NCBI GenBank assembly: GCA_963823665.1
Contig: CAWGMQ010000010.1
Span: 2,592,001 to 2,656,000 of the forward strand
Length of the DNA stretch: 64,000 bases
Reading direction: 5' to 3'
From: an uncultured Planctomycetota bacterium
GTDB lineage: Bacteria > Planctomycetota > Planctomycetia > Isosphaerales > Isosphaeraceae
Below, piece after piece: positions 1-10,825 of this stretch. Under the pieces are notes generated by a model. That model saw nothing but the letters and a program-made list of their open reading frames with translations, had not been told where the DNA came from and made no database searches. The position numbers and the translations under genes were made by a program. How positions within the stretch are numbered: position 1 is the stretch's first letter; each line of letters starts with the position of its first letter.

Positions 1-545
1 TGCTCTACCAAGGCGTCGCGCGCATCGGAATAGTCTGCGCCGGGGTCAAGCCACGCGTGGCGAGCCAGCACCCGGTACGTCACGCGGTCAACCGGATACG
101 ACGGTCGCTCGAGCGCAAAGAGCAAGATCGCGTCGGCGGCCGCCAGACTGATGCCGGGAACCGCCGCCAGCTCTCCCCGCAGCCAGTCGGTCGATCGATC
201 GGGGTTCAACAGCGATTCAACCCGCCCGTCGTGATGCTCGACGATCCACTGGGCCAGTTGCTTGATCGGCATGATCAGAAAAGGTGACGCCGCAACACCA
301 TGCTCCAACAATGTCTCGCGGATCTCGAGCACGTCGGCGCGGGCCAGCCCATCGGGGGCGAGCAGGCCCGCTTTCTCGAGCGCACCCAGTGCCAACGCCG
401 CGCTCGCCGCCGTCAGCTCGCGGTCCAAGAGCACGCCGATCATGGCCTCGAACGGACCGCGCCGCTCGACTTCGGGCCGAGACCCGCCGAAGTCCTTGAC
501 CAAGACCTCGTGAACCGTCGAAAAGGCTTCTTCGAGGGTCGGCAT
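1..545 (-). CDS. HhH-GPD / endonuclease III-related DNA glycosylase family protein (runs off the window edge)
   Basis: Manual translation from ATG at 545 is open to position 1: MPTLEEAFST...PFEAMIGVLL...ELAAVPGISLAAADAILLFALERPSYPVDRVTYRVLARH. This matches the HhH motif plus the conserved VD. Confidence 0.8.
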   Translation of the reverse strand, partial: MPTLEEAFSTVHEVLVKDFGGSRPEVERRGPFEAMIGVLLDRELTAASAALALGALEKAGLLAPDGLARADVLEIRETLLEHGVAASPFLIMPIKQLAQWIVEHHDGRVESLLNPDRSTDWLRGELAAVPGISLAAADAILLFALERPSYPVDRVTYRVLARHAWLDPGADYSDARDALVE

Positions 546-677
546 GAGCAGATCGATTCCGCGTGGTACCGGCATCCGGGCCGTACGTCCCAAAATATCC
601 CTACGGGTCGATCACGCGTCCTGACCAGCAAAATGAAACAAAACAGACAGCAGCGAAACCGCCCCGAGCAGGCTCGT

Positions 678-959
678 TCACGCCTGCTTCGACTTGGTCA
701 GGGCAGCGAAATACGCCCGAGCCAGCTTGCTCTTGCGGCGAGCCGCCGTGTTTGGATGCAGCACCCGGCGTGCCCCGGCCTTGTCGATCTTCGATGCCGC
801 GGCCTTCATGTCGGTGAGTGCCTGGTCGAAATCCTTGGCGGCCAGCGCCGTCATGGTGCGCTTGCTCAGAGTCTTGATGGCTTTTTTGCTGATGCGATTG
901 CGCAGTCGCCGCTTGGCGTTCTGCCGCATCCGCTTGGCTGCAGAGGGTGAATTTGGCAT
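678..959 (-). CDS. rpsT: 30S ribosomal protein S20
   Basis: MPNSPSAAKRMRQNAKRRLRNR...IDKAGARRVLHPNTAARRKSKL, the classic S20 motifs. Confidence 0.97.
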   Translation of the reverse strand: MPNSPSAAKRMRQNAKRRLRNRISKKAIKTLSKRTMTALAAKDFDQALTDMKAAASKIDKAGARRVLHPNTAARRKSKLARAYFAALTKSKQA

Positions 960-1078
960 GGTTCCCTAAACTTGCTCGCAATTCGTGAGAAAAACCAGAC
1001 CCATCTGCGCCAGGCGCAGTGCGCGTGATTCCGCATTCGCAAGGGCAAGAGGCCCCAAGCATAACATCTTTGCCCGAG

Positions 1079-2471
1079 TCAGATCAAGCGTTTCAGCCGT
1101 TCGGCCACGTCGAGATAGGAATAATCGATCGCCGCGACCTCGTTGTAATGCTCCTCCGCAGCCTCGTTGTTCCCGAGCGATTCGGCTGTCCGCCCCAGAC
1201 GATATTGAATGGACAGAAACATGGCCTGGTCCTCGGGGTCGAGAAGCTTGAGGGCCTCTTTGTAATTCCGATCCGCCAGCTTGTGCGCGCCGTTGGCCTC
1301 GAAGCTGAGCCCCGAATGGTAGAGCGCCTCGATCTTGGTTGTCGCGACGGAGCTCGTCCGGGCTTGCTGAAATTCGGCGATCGCTCCGTCATGATCACCC
1401 ACGCGTGCCAGCACCTTGCCGAGCTGAAGATGCAGCGCTCGCGTCGTCCGCATTCAATTTGGCGCGACGGCGAAACGCTCCAACCTCATATTTATTAAGC
1501 ATTTCGTTCAATTGGTCGAGCTTCGCTTTGTGGCCGGTGTCCTCGGGATGCTGAAGCACTTTCTGTGCCTGTGCGTCAATCGCTCGCTTCAGGCGGTGGA
1601 GCTGGATGTCTTCGTAAACCAGCATCAGCGACGGCTCGTCCGGGTTGGCCTTGAGTCCCTTCGCGAGCACCTTCTCAGCCTTGTCGAAGTCGCTGTGACG
1701 GCGATAGATTTCGGCCAGGTCGAGATACGAATGGACCGCCTTGGGGTCGGACAGGATGTCTTTGACCAGGCGCTGCTCGGGTGAGAGCTGCTCGTGCTTG
1801 AGGCGTGCCAGGTCGGCTGCCTTTGACTCGGCCGACTCGGGCGCCGCGGCCGCGGCTGCCCGATCGTCGAGGGCATCGTCCAGCTTGGCGCGTTTGATCG
1901 TCGAGCTGGCCGAAAGGGCGTTGATTTGCCGGTTCGCGTCCTGGTCGTTGGGATTGAGCTTCTTCACCTTCTCCCAGCAGAGGATCGCCTTCGCCCAGCT
2001 CTCATTCGCCTCATGTACCCGCGCCGCGTATTTGAGAAAGTCGACGTCCTTGGTGACCACCTCCACCGACTCTACGAACCACTCGGCGAGCACCAGAAGC
2101 TCCATGCCTTCCGCAGATTCCGCGGCCACCCTCGCTGCCCCCACGTCCCACGGGTTGTTCAGAAACGCGTCTTCACACAGCGAGATCGCTTCCGCGAACT
2201 TCTGCTTCCCGCGAGCATTCTTGGCGCGAAACAGGATCGGCTGATTCTTGGCACCGACCAGCATGCCCACCTTGCCGGGATCGTTGTTGAACTTGCGCCG
2301 CTCAATTCCCCGCAGAGCCTGCCGGTACACGAGATTGTCCACGCAGATCTGGCTCGCCTGCTTGTACATCGTGATGGCATAGTCGTGGTTGCCTTTGAGC
2401 GCAGCATCATTACCGTACTTGAAGAACGTTTGCGCTTTCTGCACATCGCCAGAATGCGACTCCTCAGACAT
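1079..2471 (-). CDS. Tetratricopeptide-repeat protein (one frameshift near 1425)
   Basis: ORFs 1395..2540 and 1079..1453 join into one TPR solenoid ending in the typical ...YNEVAAIDYSYLDVAERL tail. Confidence 0.8.
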
Positions 2472-2744
2472 CGGGGGCGCTCCTCCGGAAATCCAGACTG
2501 GAACCTGCTCGCGACTGTCGCTCACCGCACCATCGGCCAAAGAACACTACGCGCGTGCCCGCGCGCCGGGACACTCGCCGCGATTCCTCACCCAGTGCCG
2601 CGCGAGCGGTTTAGACGCGAGCTCGATAACTACTCTTTACATTCTAACATCACGCCACCGCCAGTCACCACGTACGAATGCCCGACTTTAAAGTCTTGCC
2701 GGATCGCTCTTGATTGCGGGCTGAGCGTAACCGAAACTGCGCTC

Positions 2745-3638
2745 ATGACACCGATCCTGCGTGACCGTGGACTTTCGATGCTGGTCGGCGAGGCCGAGCT
2801 CAAGCCGCTTTGCCACGGTTTTCAGTTCACGGAAGGGCCCCTTGCAGTGAGCGACGGCTCGCTCCTCTTCCAGGACATCCGGGCGGAGCGGACGTTTCGC
2901 CTTCTACCCGATGGAACGCTCCAGACGCTTCGTGAGCAGACGAAGGCCGCCAACGGGCAGACGTGGCTTCCGGACGGGTCCATCGTTTTTTGCGAACAGA
3001 ATGGCCGGCGGCTCGCCCGGATGACTGCTGATGGCTCTGAAGTGACGTCTCTGGCCGAAACCTGGTCGGGCGCCCGGCTCAACAGCCCCAACGACGTCGT
3101 CTGCCGGACCGACGGCCTGGTCTACTTCACCGACCCTCCTTACGGGGTGCAGCCTTCGGAGCGATCGCTTCATTTTCAGGGAGTTTACGCCCTGGATCTC
3201 AAACACAGCGGCCAGGCCGGGCTGCGCCTGGTCGCCGACGACTTCGAGAAGCCCAACGGACTGGCGTTCTCGCCCGATGAGCGAACGCTCTACGTCTGCG
3301 ACACCGCCCGATACCACGTCCGGGCCTTCGAAGTCGAGCCCTCAGGCGCCTTGAGGCCGGGTTCGAGCCGGGTCTTCGCGCGTTTTGACCCCGAACGGCC
3401 CGGGGGTCCTGACGGAATGAAGGTCGACAAGGCCGGGCGAGTTTACGTGGCCGTCGCTCTGGGAGTCTGGGTTTTCGATCCCGATGGAACCCTTCTCGGT
3501 ATCCTGGCGGTTCCGGCCCGGCCGGCCAACCTGGGGTGGCGCGGACCCGACGGCGGGAGGCTGGCGATCACTGCGGTCGACACCGTTTACGAGATCGAGC
3601 TTGCCGTCGAGGGAATCCTGCCCCCGTTCCTGGCCTGA
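2745..3638 (+). CDS. SMP-30/gluconolactonase/LRE family protein
   Basis: Motifs GFQFTEGP, RLNSPND, YFTDPPYG, PNGLAFSPDE, GPDGMKVD. Confidence 0.93.
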   Translation: MTPILRDRGLSMLVGEAELKPLCHGFQFTEGPLAVSDGSLLFQDIRAERTFRLLPDGTLQTLREQTKAANGQTWLPDGSIVFCEQNGRRLARMTADGSEVTSLAETWSGARLNSPNDVVCRTDGLVYFTDPPYGVQPSERSLHFQGVYALDLKHSGQAGLRLVADDFEKPNGLAFSPDERTLYVCDTARYHVRAFEVEPSGALRPGSSRVFARFDPERPGGPDGMKVDKAGRVYVAVALGVWVFDPDGTLLGILAVPARPANLGWRGPDGGRLAITAVDTVYEIELAVEGILPPFLA

Positions 3639-3860
3639 TTTCTTTCGTTGCAATGGCTGTTCAAGTCTGAAACGATCGATTATCCTGAGACGGCCTGGAG
3701 GCGATCTCACCGAGCCCCGGTGCGGCCCTCCTCAACTCGACCGGCCTGGTTCCGGCCCGAGCCCGCGGGATGCGAGGTGACGTGAGATTGTTCGATTCTA
3801 ATCCGATCCGCAAAACGCCCGACCAATCGCGGCCCGCGGTGGTCGATTCAGGAGCTCCGA

Positions 3861-4080
3861 GTGGCCAAAGAGGAACCGATTCGCACCGAGGGACGCATCG
3901 TCGAGGCGCTTCCCGAACACTCAATTCATGGTTGAGCTGGAGAACGGACACCGAATCCTCGCGCACATCGCCGGCAAGATGCGGAAGAATTTCATCCGGA
4001 TCGTGCCCGGCGACCGGGTGACCGTCGAAATCACCCCGTACGACCTCACCAAAGGGCGGATCGTCTACCGCGAGCGCTGA
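3861..4080 (+). CDS. infA: Translation initiation factor IF-1 (one extra base near 3913, probably a sequencing error)
   Basis: GTG start after [22 protein letters not shown] / [54 protein letters not shown]. The span is 220 nt, which is 219+1. Missing from the ORF track because of the frameshift. Confidence 0.95.
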
Positions 4081-4166
4081 CCGCCCGGCCACATTGCAGG
4101 AGCCGGCTCCGTCCGGCAATCCCTGCTGCGCACGGCGAAGAGATCAACTGACGGATAACCCGTCCC

Positions 4167-5555
4167 TCACGGCCCGCTCCCCCGGCGAGTACGCCCCACA
4201 ATCGATCGAAAACCCATTCCGGCCAGTGTTGCTGCGACCATCTCACCCGGAATCCGATAGCGTATCGAGCTGACGAAGACGAGATGGATCGCGCAAAAGT
4301 AAAATAGCGGACCCGCTAGAAGCACAATCGTCCGCACATCGCGCCGCCGGTCCCAGAGGCCCGCGATGATCAGGCAATAAACCGGAATCACGATCGCTCC
4401 ACTCAGTACAGCCACCCAGGGCGATCGAATCTCCTCCGCATTGGGCCATGGGCTAAAATAACGCCCGAATTTGACGACCGCCAGTTCCAGGACTCGTCCG
4501 GGATTCTCACGAGCAAATTCGACCGCTCGCCGGGTCAGTGTTGCATCCTGTTCCACCTCGCTCCGGGTGCGGATATCGGCTTGCTCGCGGAACCTCATGT
4601 CGCTCGCGCCGGTTGCATTCGGATTCAAGCCGTCGTACAGACTCGCACCGAACCAGGCCGATGTGGCTACAAACCGGCCGTATGTTTGCGCGTTGCGAAC
4701 CCACCACGGGCTCATCACCAGTGCGGTGCTAACTGCGATCAATAGCGCGCTGCGAAGAGCCTCCCGAAGCAACTGCCGGTCGCGTGAAACGGCACTCGCG
4801 GCGACCCAGCAAACGAGCATACTCGGAAGGAACAGCGCGAACGACGGCTTCGTCAGAATTGCCGCGCCGCCCGCCGCGCCGGAGGCCGCCGCGACAAGGA
4901 GACGTTGCGCGGGCGAGAGCGTTTCCACTTCGGGTGGCTTGCGCCAGAGCAAGGTGATTCCACAGAGGGTCGCGAGCAAGAGCGGGATAAAGAGCGCTTC
5001 CGAGAGAATCAACTCCGAGATGGCGACGTAATAAGGATTGAGCGCGGCCAGCGCCGCCGCCGCCAGAGCGGCCGTCCGCCAGCGTGTTCCGCCCGCGGGT
5101 CCAGACTCAAGGGACGGCTCCAATCGCCGGGTCAGCAAATAGACCAGCCCGACGCTTGCGGTGCCGAGGGCGGCCTGCACCAAGCGGATGCCGAGCGGCC
5201 ATTCGCCCAGTATCAAATGGCACGCCGCCAGGAACAGCGGATAGCCCGGCGTCCGCAACGCCTTGAACGAAATCGTGCCCCACTCCACGATCTCGTATGG
5301 CCCGCCGTGGCGAATCGTCCGGGCCAGCAACCAGTAATAATTTGTGTCAGGGAAGATGAAGAGCCGCGGCGGACGCAGCCGCGCGACATAGGACTGAAGC
5401 ACACCAGCAGCAATCACTCGCGATAAGAGCGCCGCTGCCAGCACGGCTGCCGGCGCGGCCAGCCGGCGTAGGGGACCTGCCCATCCCGGCCGCGCAGACC
5501 CGTTCGTTTGCCTCGGTGCCTTTTCGGAAGCGGTCAAACGTCCTCCGCCAAACAT
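4167..5555 (-). CDS. ArnT/PMT-like (GT39/GT83-type) membrane glycosyltransferase
   Basis: Multi-TM protein with FPDTNYYWLLA, RTPGYPLFLA, LSEALF, PWWVRN and RYRIP motifs. Confidence 0.8.
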   Translation of the reverse strand: MFGGGRLTASEKAPRQTNGSARPGWAGPLRRLAAPAAVLAAALLSRVIAAGVLQSYVARLRPPRLFIFPDTNYYWLLARTIRHGGPYEIVEWGTISFKALRTPGYPLFLAACHLILGEWPLGIRLVQAALGTASVGLVYLLTRRLEPSLESGPAGGTRWRTAALAAAALAALNPYYVAISELILSEALFIPLLLATLCGITLLWRKPPEVETLSPAQRLLVAAASGAAGGAAILTKPSFALFLPSMLVCWVAASAVSRDRQLLREALRSALLIAVSTALVMSPWWVRNAQTYGRFVATSAWFGASLYDGLNPNATGASDMRFREQADIRTRSEVEQDATLTRRAVEFARENPGRVLELAVVKFGRYFSPWPNAEEIRSPWVAVLSGAIVIPVYCLIIAGLWDRRRDVRTIVLLAGPLFYFCAIHLVFVSSIRYRIPGEMVAATLAGMGFRSIVGRTRRGSGP

Positions 5556-5574
5556 GTTCTCCAGCCACTCGGTG

Positions 5575-6579
5575 TCACTTGACCCGCCACCAGAGCGATG
5601 GGTCGCACTTCTCCGCAGCGGCCGCGGCCTCGATCTCTGTGCGGAATCGCTTCGCGTCCGTGTGATAGCCGGCCGTCCGCTTCAGGCCGGGCATGCGGTC
5701 GCACCAGTACTCATTGAACACGTCCATCCAGAGTTCGCGAATCGTCTTGCTCACGATCGAGGCCAGCGCCACCAGTCCGTCGTTTTGATCGGCCCTCGGC
5801 TCCAGGCTGATGTGCATTTGCCGGGCAGCCTCGCGCACGGTGTAGCGGCTCGCCTCAGGCCCCTCACAACCGCGGTCGATCCAGGTTCCGGGGAACGAAC
5901 GAGTCAATGGTGCGTAATAGTAGTGCCGCCCGCCGTGCTTGTCGCCGACGACCTCCGTACGAACGCCGTCCGTCGTGCAACCCCACACCCACGCGAGCAG
6001 TTGCTCGAACGCTTCGTAGTGAACGACCGACTTGAGCCCGTGGTCTTCCAGCCCTCGGTTGAACCGCGCAGGGCCTACCACAACGCTGCGCACGCCCTTG
6101 ATCCGCCACTTTCCGTCCGACGGCACGAGCGGGCCTTGCGCGAGCCGGTCTTCCAGCCCCGGCTCACCGTCGATCGGCGGGCCGAGATTCTCGGGTCCGG
6201 AACACCTGAGCCAGCTCGATAGCTCCACGTCGTCAAACGTTCCGGCACCGACCGTCTCCAGCAGCGCTCGAAGCGACCGGGGACACGCCGCAGCGGCCGC
6301 ATGAATTGCTGCCAGAGCCGACGTCTCGAGCCGTTGACGCCCCTTTCCCCCGCTGTAGATCGCCTTCGAGTCGTCGACCCAGAGCCGGTCAGGATCGCCC
6401 CCCGCGCGATCGACTGTCGCGCAGAGATCATCCCAGAGGTCGAGGGACGCGGCGCCTTCATCCCACGATCGCTCAACCGACGATTCGGCCATCACGGCCG
6501 TCATGACGAGCGGACCCAGGTTCGGTCCGTACCCGGCTTCGTCGATTCCCACCCACCGCAACGTGAAGTCCCTCCGCAA
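5575..6579 (-). CDS. Ribonuclease HII-like protein
   Basis: GIDEAGYGPNLGPLV, DDSK, DKHGGR, VALASIVSK and AGYHTDA; the RNase HII-fold acidic residues are present. Confidence 0.8.
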   Translation of the reverse strand: MRRDFTLRWVGIDEAGYGPNLGPLVMTAVMAESSVERSWDEGAASLDLWDDLCATVDRAGGDPDRLWVDDSKAIYSGGKGRQRLETSALAAIHAAAAACPRSLRALLETVGAGTFDDVELSSWLRCSGPENLGPPIDGEPGLEDRLAQGPLVPSDGKWRIKGVRSVVVGPARFNRGLEDHGLKSVVHYEAFEQLLAWVWGCTTDGVRTEVVGDKHGGRHYYYAPLTRSFPGTWIDRGCEGPEASRYTVREAARQMHISLEPRADQNDGLVALASIVSKTIRELWMDVFNEYWCDRMPGLKRTAGYHTDAKRFRTEIEAAAAAEKCDPSLWWRVK

Positions 6580-6703
6580 GATTATTCCGCACGCGCACAG
6601 CTTATACTATGCTTCTTGCGGAACGGAAGCTTCTACCGCGCACGAGCCACCCGGCATGCCGCCGGGCAACGCTTCCGCGCCGATTCCCGGGGGAGCAAAC
6701 GCC

Positions 6704-7540
6704 ATGAAGTCGGCTCCGCGAAACCACAATCGGCGCCTCCAGGTCGAATCACTCGAAGGCCGGGCGCTCATGAGCGGGATGACGCTCGAATCACCGCATT
6801 CACCGTCTGCCGCCATTCTGGCGCGAATCCACGTGCCGAAGATTTCATTTCCCGCGGCCGGGAAGAACGCCGTGCTGAACGCGATCTTCGGCGGCGCCGG
6901 TCACGAGTTCGTCACGCTCGCCGAGAAAGAGATCCCCAACCTCCTCTCCGTCGTCAGCGGATTCGAATCCGGCACAATCACTCAATTCACGGCGCGCGGG
7001 CTCGTCTTCAAGAAGCCGAACTGGCAGAGCGGCTACACCGGGTTCCCGCACGACACCGAGGCGGGAACGATCGCCGGCGGGATCTTGCTGAAGCGAAAGG
7101 AGATCGAGCTGGCGGCGATCACGCGCGGGCCGTTCTCGACGACACCGTTCACAACCTACGTCGTCTTTGCCATTAACCGCGGAGCGGGGGCACGTCTCGG
7201 CCCCGTGTTCCTCGAGCGCCCATCACTCACGCCGGATGCCCTCGTCACCGTGGCCGTCGGCCCGGACGGCCAGGGAAATTCCGCGACCGTCACCGACTTG
7301 ACCACCGGAACAACCGTGCCGCTCAATCCCCAGCTCATCCAGGTGCAGGGCCCGGTCGTCCGGGTGCTCGTCTCCGCGAAGCAACTTCCGTCCGAGGGTT
7401 TCAAACTTCAGAACTACACGTTCGGGGTTTACACCCAGCTCTTCGCGAACGCGCCTTACCAGGACACCGGCAGCTTCCTTCCTGAGAATTCGATGATCCC
7501 CATCGGCGTGGAAACCAACGTGGCGCCGCCGCGGCTTTGA
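6704..7540 (+). CDS. Hypothetical exported protein with planctomycete extracellular N-terminal motif
   Basis: N-terminus RRLQVESLEGRALMS; beta-rich body. Confidence 0.7.
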   Translation: MKSAPRNHNRRLQVESLEGRALMSGMTLESPHSPSAAILARIHVPKISFPAAGKNAVLNAIFGGAGHEFVTLAEKEIPNLLSVVSGFESGTITQFTARGLVFKKPNWQSGYTGFPHDTEAGTIAGGILLKRKEIELAAITRGPFSTTPFTTYVVFAINRGAGARLGPVFLERPSLTPDALVTVAVGPDGQGNSATVTDLTTGTTVPLNPQLIQVQGPVVRVLVSAKQLPSEGFKLQNYTFGVYTQLFANAPYQDTGSFLPENSMIPIGVETNVAPPRL

Positions 7541-7578
7541 TGGATCGGGTCTGGCTGGGATGCGCCAAGCAGGTCCCA

Positions 7579-8445
7579 TCACGCTGCCGAGGCCGAATCA
7601 GGCCCGGAGCCCTTTCCAGTAGCCGTGCTTTCTTCGTTGTCGAGCCAGATTGCGGCCGGCGCCTGGCCCAGGACCTCGGCCGCCAGTGACGCGTAATCTT
7701 CGGCCCCCCGGCTGGTCGGCGCGTACTGGAAGATCGACTGGCCGAAGCTGGGGCACTCCGCGAGCCGGATGTTCCGGCGAATTCGCGTGCGAAACAGTTT
7801 TGCATCGGCCCACGGTGCGTCGGCATTGCGCCGGCCCGCGAAAAACGTCTGAAGGTCCTCGACGACCTCGCCACCGTGCCGTGTGCCTGCGTCATAGAGG
7901 CACAAAACGATTCCACCCACCTTCAACTCGCGATTGACCCGCTTCGAGACCAGATTCACGGTCTCGAGCAACTTCGAGAGCCCATGCAGCGCCAGGAAAT
8001 GAGCCTGCAATGGAATCAACACTTCGGTGGCGGCACACAAGGCGTTGAGCGTAAGGACGGAAAGAGAAGGGGGACAGTCCATCAGCACGAAATCAAAAGG
8101 CTCGGTGTCGGCGGTAAGCGCGTCACGCAGGATGACCTCGCGTCCGACCGTGCCCAGGAGCTCGAGCTCTGCGCCGGCCAGATCGATGTGGCTGCCACAG
8201 ACGGCGAGGTTGGGTGTGATCGACCGCCGCACGGTGGCCATCGGCGTCCCCTCGGTCAAGACCTCGTAAAGCGTTGGCCCGGATCGACCCGGCAACAGCC
8301 CCAGGTGCAACGTCGCGTGCGCCTGGGGATCGAGATCCAGCACCAAGGTCTTGTGCCCCGCCATCGCCAGCGCGGCCGCAAGGTTCACGGCGGTCGTCGT
8401 CTTGCCGACGCCACCCTTTTGATTCAACACCGCGATCCGTCGCAT
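7579..8445 (-). CDS. ParA/Soj family ATPase
   Basis: NQKGGVGKTTT deviant Walker A, DLDPQ, DCPPSL, IRLAECPSFG. No adjacent parB. Confidence 0.93.
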   Translation of the reverse strand: MRRIAVLNQKGGVGKTTTAVNLAAALAMAGHKTLVLDLDPQAHATLHLGLLPGRSGPTLYEVLTEGTPMATVRRSITPNLAVCGSHIDLAGAELELLGTVGREVILRDALTADTEPFDFVLMDCPPSLSVLTLNALCAATEVLIPLQAHFLALHGLSKLLETVNLVSKRVNRELKVGGIVLCLYDAGTRHGGEVVEDLQTFFAGRRNADAPWADAKLFRTRIRRNIRLAECPSFGQSIFQYAPTSRGAEDYASLAAEVLGQAPAAIWLDNEESTATGKGSGPDSASAA

Positions 8446-8881
8446 CGAACCCCTCCCTGGTTGTTCCTCTGAACCGCTCGACCCACTTCATTGAATCAAG
8501 GCCGGGGCGATCCCGGCGGAAGTCTAACCTTTCCGCCGACATGCGCAAAGCCGAAACGGGACATGGCAGCACGCACGCCGTTCGACTCTTGCTGTCATTG
8601 GAGATCGACGTGACGGTCACCTTTTCGGCGAAGAACTGATCGCTGCATCTGTTGACGTGCTATAGACTTTCGATCCGCGAACGCCCGCCCCACGATCGCC
8701 TTTCGCTCCGCGAAAACGCGCCCCACTCGCTCTACCGTTGCCACTCACTTTGCGGCAGGACGCACTTTCGCGGAGCGAAAGGCGACGATCGTTGGGCCGA
8801 TGCCAGAACTGACCGAGCAAAGTGATCGCGTGCGGTGAACGCGGAACACGACCACCGTCCGCACCGATCGTGCCCTCGCAC

Positions 8882-9544
8882 CTAGCCCCGCCGAGGCCGC
8901 CGGCCGCGGTCGAGGAAGTCGGCGAGGGGCAGGACAAACCCCGGTAAGACCGCACCGCCGTCGAGGGATTGGTCCGCACGTACCAGGGTCGACTTCTCGA
9001 CCGTCGAGAACACGCGGGCGGTGCGCTTCCTGGGATCGATCAGCCAGACCAGGACGACGCCGGCGTCGAAGTATTCCCGGACCTTGCGATCCATCTCGGC
9101 TTTGGTGTTCCCTTCGCTAAGCACTTCCACTGCCAGATCGGGCGCCAGGTCAGGAATCGGTTCTCGGGGGCTTTCACGGCCAGGAAGCCTGTCCCAACTG
9201 ATGAACGACAGGTCGGGGATCCGCACCAGGCGGGGTGCGATCCGCATCATCCCGTCGGCCCCAACGCAGACGCCGAGGTCGTGTTTCTCAAGATAAGCGT
9301 TGACGAAGTACAACAGCCTGCCGGCGAGCCGAGACTCCTCGAACCCCATCGCTTTTTCCACCAAGGTACCGTCAACCAGCTCGCAAAGACGATTTTCTCG
9401 TGCCTCGGCCGCAATGACGTCCTTTTCCGTGGCCGTGCCGGGCGCAGGATAGAACCAGATCCGCTCGAGCGGGATTCCGCCTAGCCGTTGCCGCAGGTCG
9501 GCCAGAGTCTTGATGTCGGGAGGAGCAATCGTCGCTTGAGACAT
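8882..9544 (-). CDS. Uma2 (DUF820) PD-(D/E)xK endonuclease-like protein
   Basis: CELVDGTLVEKAMG, RIPDLSFI, APDLAVEVLS, K..EYF.AGV.LVWLIDP. Confidence 0.92.
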   Translation of the reverse strand: MSQATIAPPDIKTLADLRQRLGGIPLERIWFYPAPGTATEKDVIAAEARENRLCELVDGTLVEKAMGFEESRLAGRLLYFVNAYLEKHDLGVCVGADGMMRIAPRLVRIPDLSFISWDRLPGRESPREPIPDLAPDLAVEVLSEGNTKAEMDRKVREYFDAGVVLVWLIDPRKRTARVFSTVEKSTLVRADQSLDGGAVLPGFVLPLADFLDRGRRPRRG

Positions 9545-9651
9545 TACGGCTTCCCCGCGGTTCCGGTAACCTCGATGCATCCAACCGCTATTCTGACACG
9601 TGGCGTATTCCTGGGCAAGCGACGGCAGCCGAGGCCCACGACCGTTGTTGA

Positions 9652-9720
9652 CGCACGAAAGAGCCTCAAGGACAACATCCCGCCGAACCATGCCAGCAGC
9701 AGCGCGATGAAAGTGCGGCC
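9652..9720 (-). pseudogene. Orphan duplicate of the 3' end of the 10826..11440 membrane-protein gene
   Basis: Translates GRTFIALLLAWFGGMLSLRLFRA versus GHTFIALLLAWLGGMLSRRLARA at 10874-10942. Confidence 0.75.
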
Positions 9721-9754
9721 CCTGACTTAACGACTCGACGATCCGATGGTCGCT

Positions 9755-10219
9755 CTACATCTTGGGATTGATGATGATGAGCGCAATGAGCGCGAAGATA
9801 AAGAAAATGGAGAGACCGAGCCCAATCTTGCTGGCGATGCGGGGCCAACCAATTGACTTCCTGTTGAGAAAGTACGCGATGAGTGCGACCGTGATCCCCA
9901 TGCCTGGAAAGAATGACAGCAAGATCGACGCCACCGCCCAGAACTGCCTGACGCCCCCGACCCGCGGAACGACGACTCCCACGAGCTGATCGGCCGTTCG
10001 CTTCGCCAGCTCGGATCCCGAAACCTTGGAATAAAGCCGTGCCTTGCAGCCGGAGCACACAACCCACCAGGTGGTGTGTGTGCTCATGTGGACGACAAGC
10101 ATCTCCGTGACCTTCTCGGAGTGCTCGATGATCAGCGCTTCAACATCGCGGGCGCGACAGGCCGGGCAGTGAATTCGCGTCGTTCCGAACGGCTTATCCT
10201 CGGCAATAACGGTCGTCAT
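9755..10219 (-). CDS. Zinc-ribbon (CxxC..CxxC) protein with C-terminal TM helices, paralogue 2
   Basis: CPAC...CSGC followed by hydrophobic helices; tandem paralogue of 10242..10700. Confidence 0.8.
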   Translation of the reverse strand: MTTVIAEDKPFGTTRIHCPACRARDVEALIIEHSEKVTEMLVVHMSTHTTWWVVCSGCKARLYSKVSGSELAKRTADQLVGVVVPRVGGVRQFWAVASILLSFFPGMGITVALIAYFLNRKSIGWPRIASKIGLGLSIFFIFALIALIIINPKM

Positions 10220-10241
10220 GGTGATCACGGCCTCAAGGTAT

Positions 10242-10700
10242 TCAGCGAGCAATAATTATGGCTAACATCATCAGCACGAAAAGGAATCCGGATATGCCGA
10301 GCCCGATCTTGCTGACGGTACGGGGCCAACCTACTGACTTTCTGTTGGCGAGGTATGCGATGATCGCGACGATGATCCCCACGAATGGAGCGATCGCCAG
10401 CAGAATCGACGCGACCGCCCAGAACTGCTTGACGAGCCCGACCCGCGGTACGACCACGCCCACAAGCTGATCGGCCGTTCGCTGCGCCAGCTCGGATCCC
10501 GAAATCTTGGAATAGAGTCGCGCCTTGCATGCCGAGCACACCACCCACCACGTGGTGTGCGTGCTCATGTGGACGACCAGCATCTCCGTGACCTTCTCGG
10601 AGTGCTCGATGATCATCGCTTCAACATCGCGGGCATGACAGCCCGGGCAGTGAATTCGCGTCAATCCGAACGGCTTGTCCTCGGCAATAACGGTCGTCAT
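10242..10700 (-). CDS. Zinc-ribbon (CxxC..CxxC) protein with C-terminal TM helices, paralogue 1
   Basis: CPGC...CSAC followed by hydrophobic helices. Confidence 0.8.
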   Translation of the reverse strand: MTTVIAEDKPFGLTRIHCPGCHARDVEAMIIEHSEKVTEMLVVHMSTHTTWWVVCSACKARLYSKISGSELAQRTADQLVGVVVPRVGLVKQFWAVASILLAIAPFVGIIVAIIAYLANRKSVGWPRTVSKIGLGISGFLFVLMMLAIIIAR

Positions 10701-10825
10701 GGCGATAGAACTCTCCCGGGGGAACCGCTTCGCCGCTTGCGCGGCATCAAGGCCTTTTCACACAATGCCCGCAGGGCGACGGCCGCCGGCCCACGCCCGT
10801 TCGTCGCTGAAGAACCTCGTCGGTT

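Noticed and set aside
3905..3920. Programmed +1 frameshift in infA (CTT CCC G)
   Set aside because: The extra base lies in a short C run and similar indels occur throughout the window, so sequencing error is far more likely.
7579..8445. Plasmid or prophage partition system
   Set aside because: Orphan ParA with no parB, rep or phage genes nearby; the context is chromosomal (rpsT, infA).
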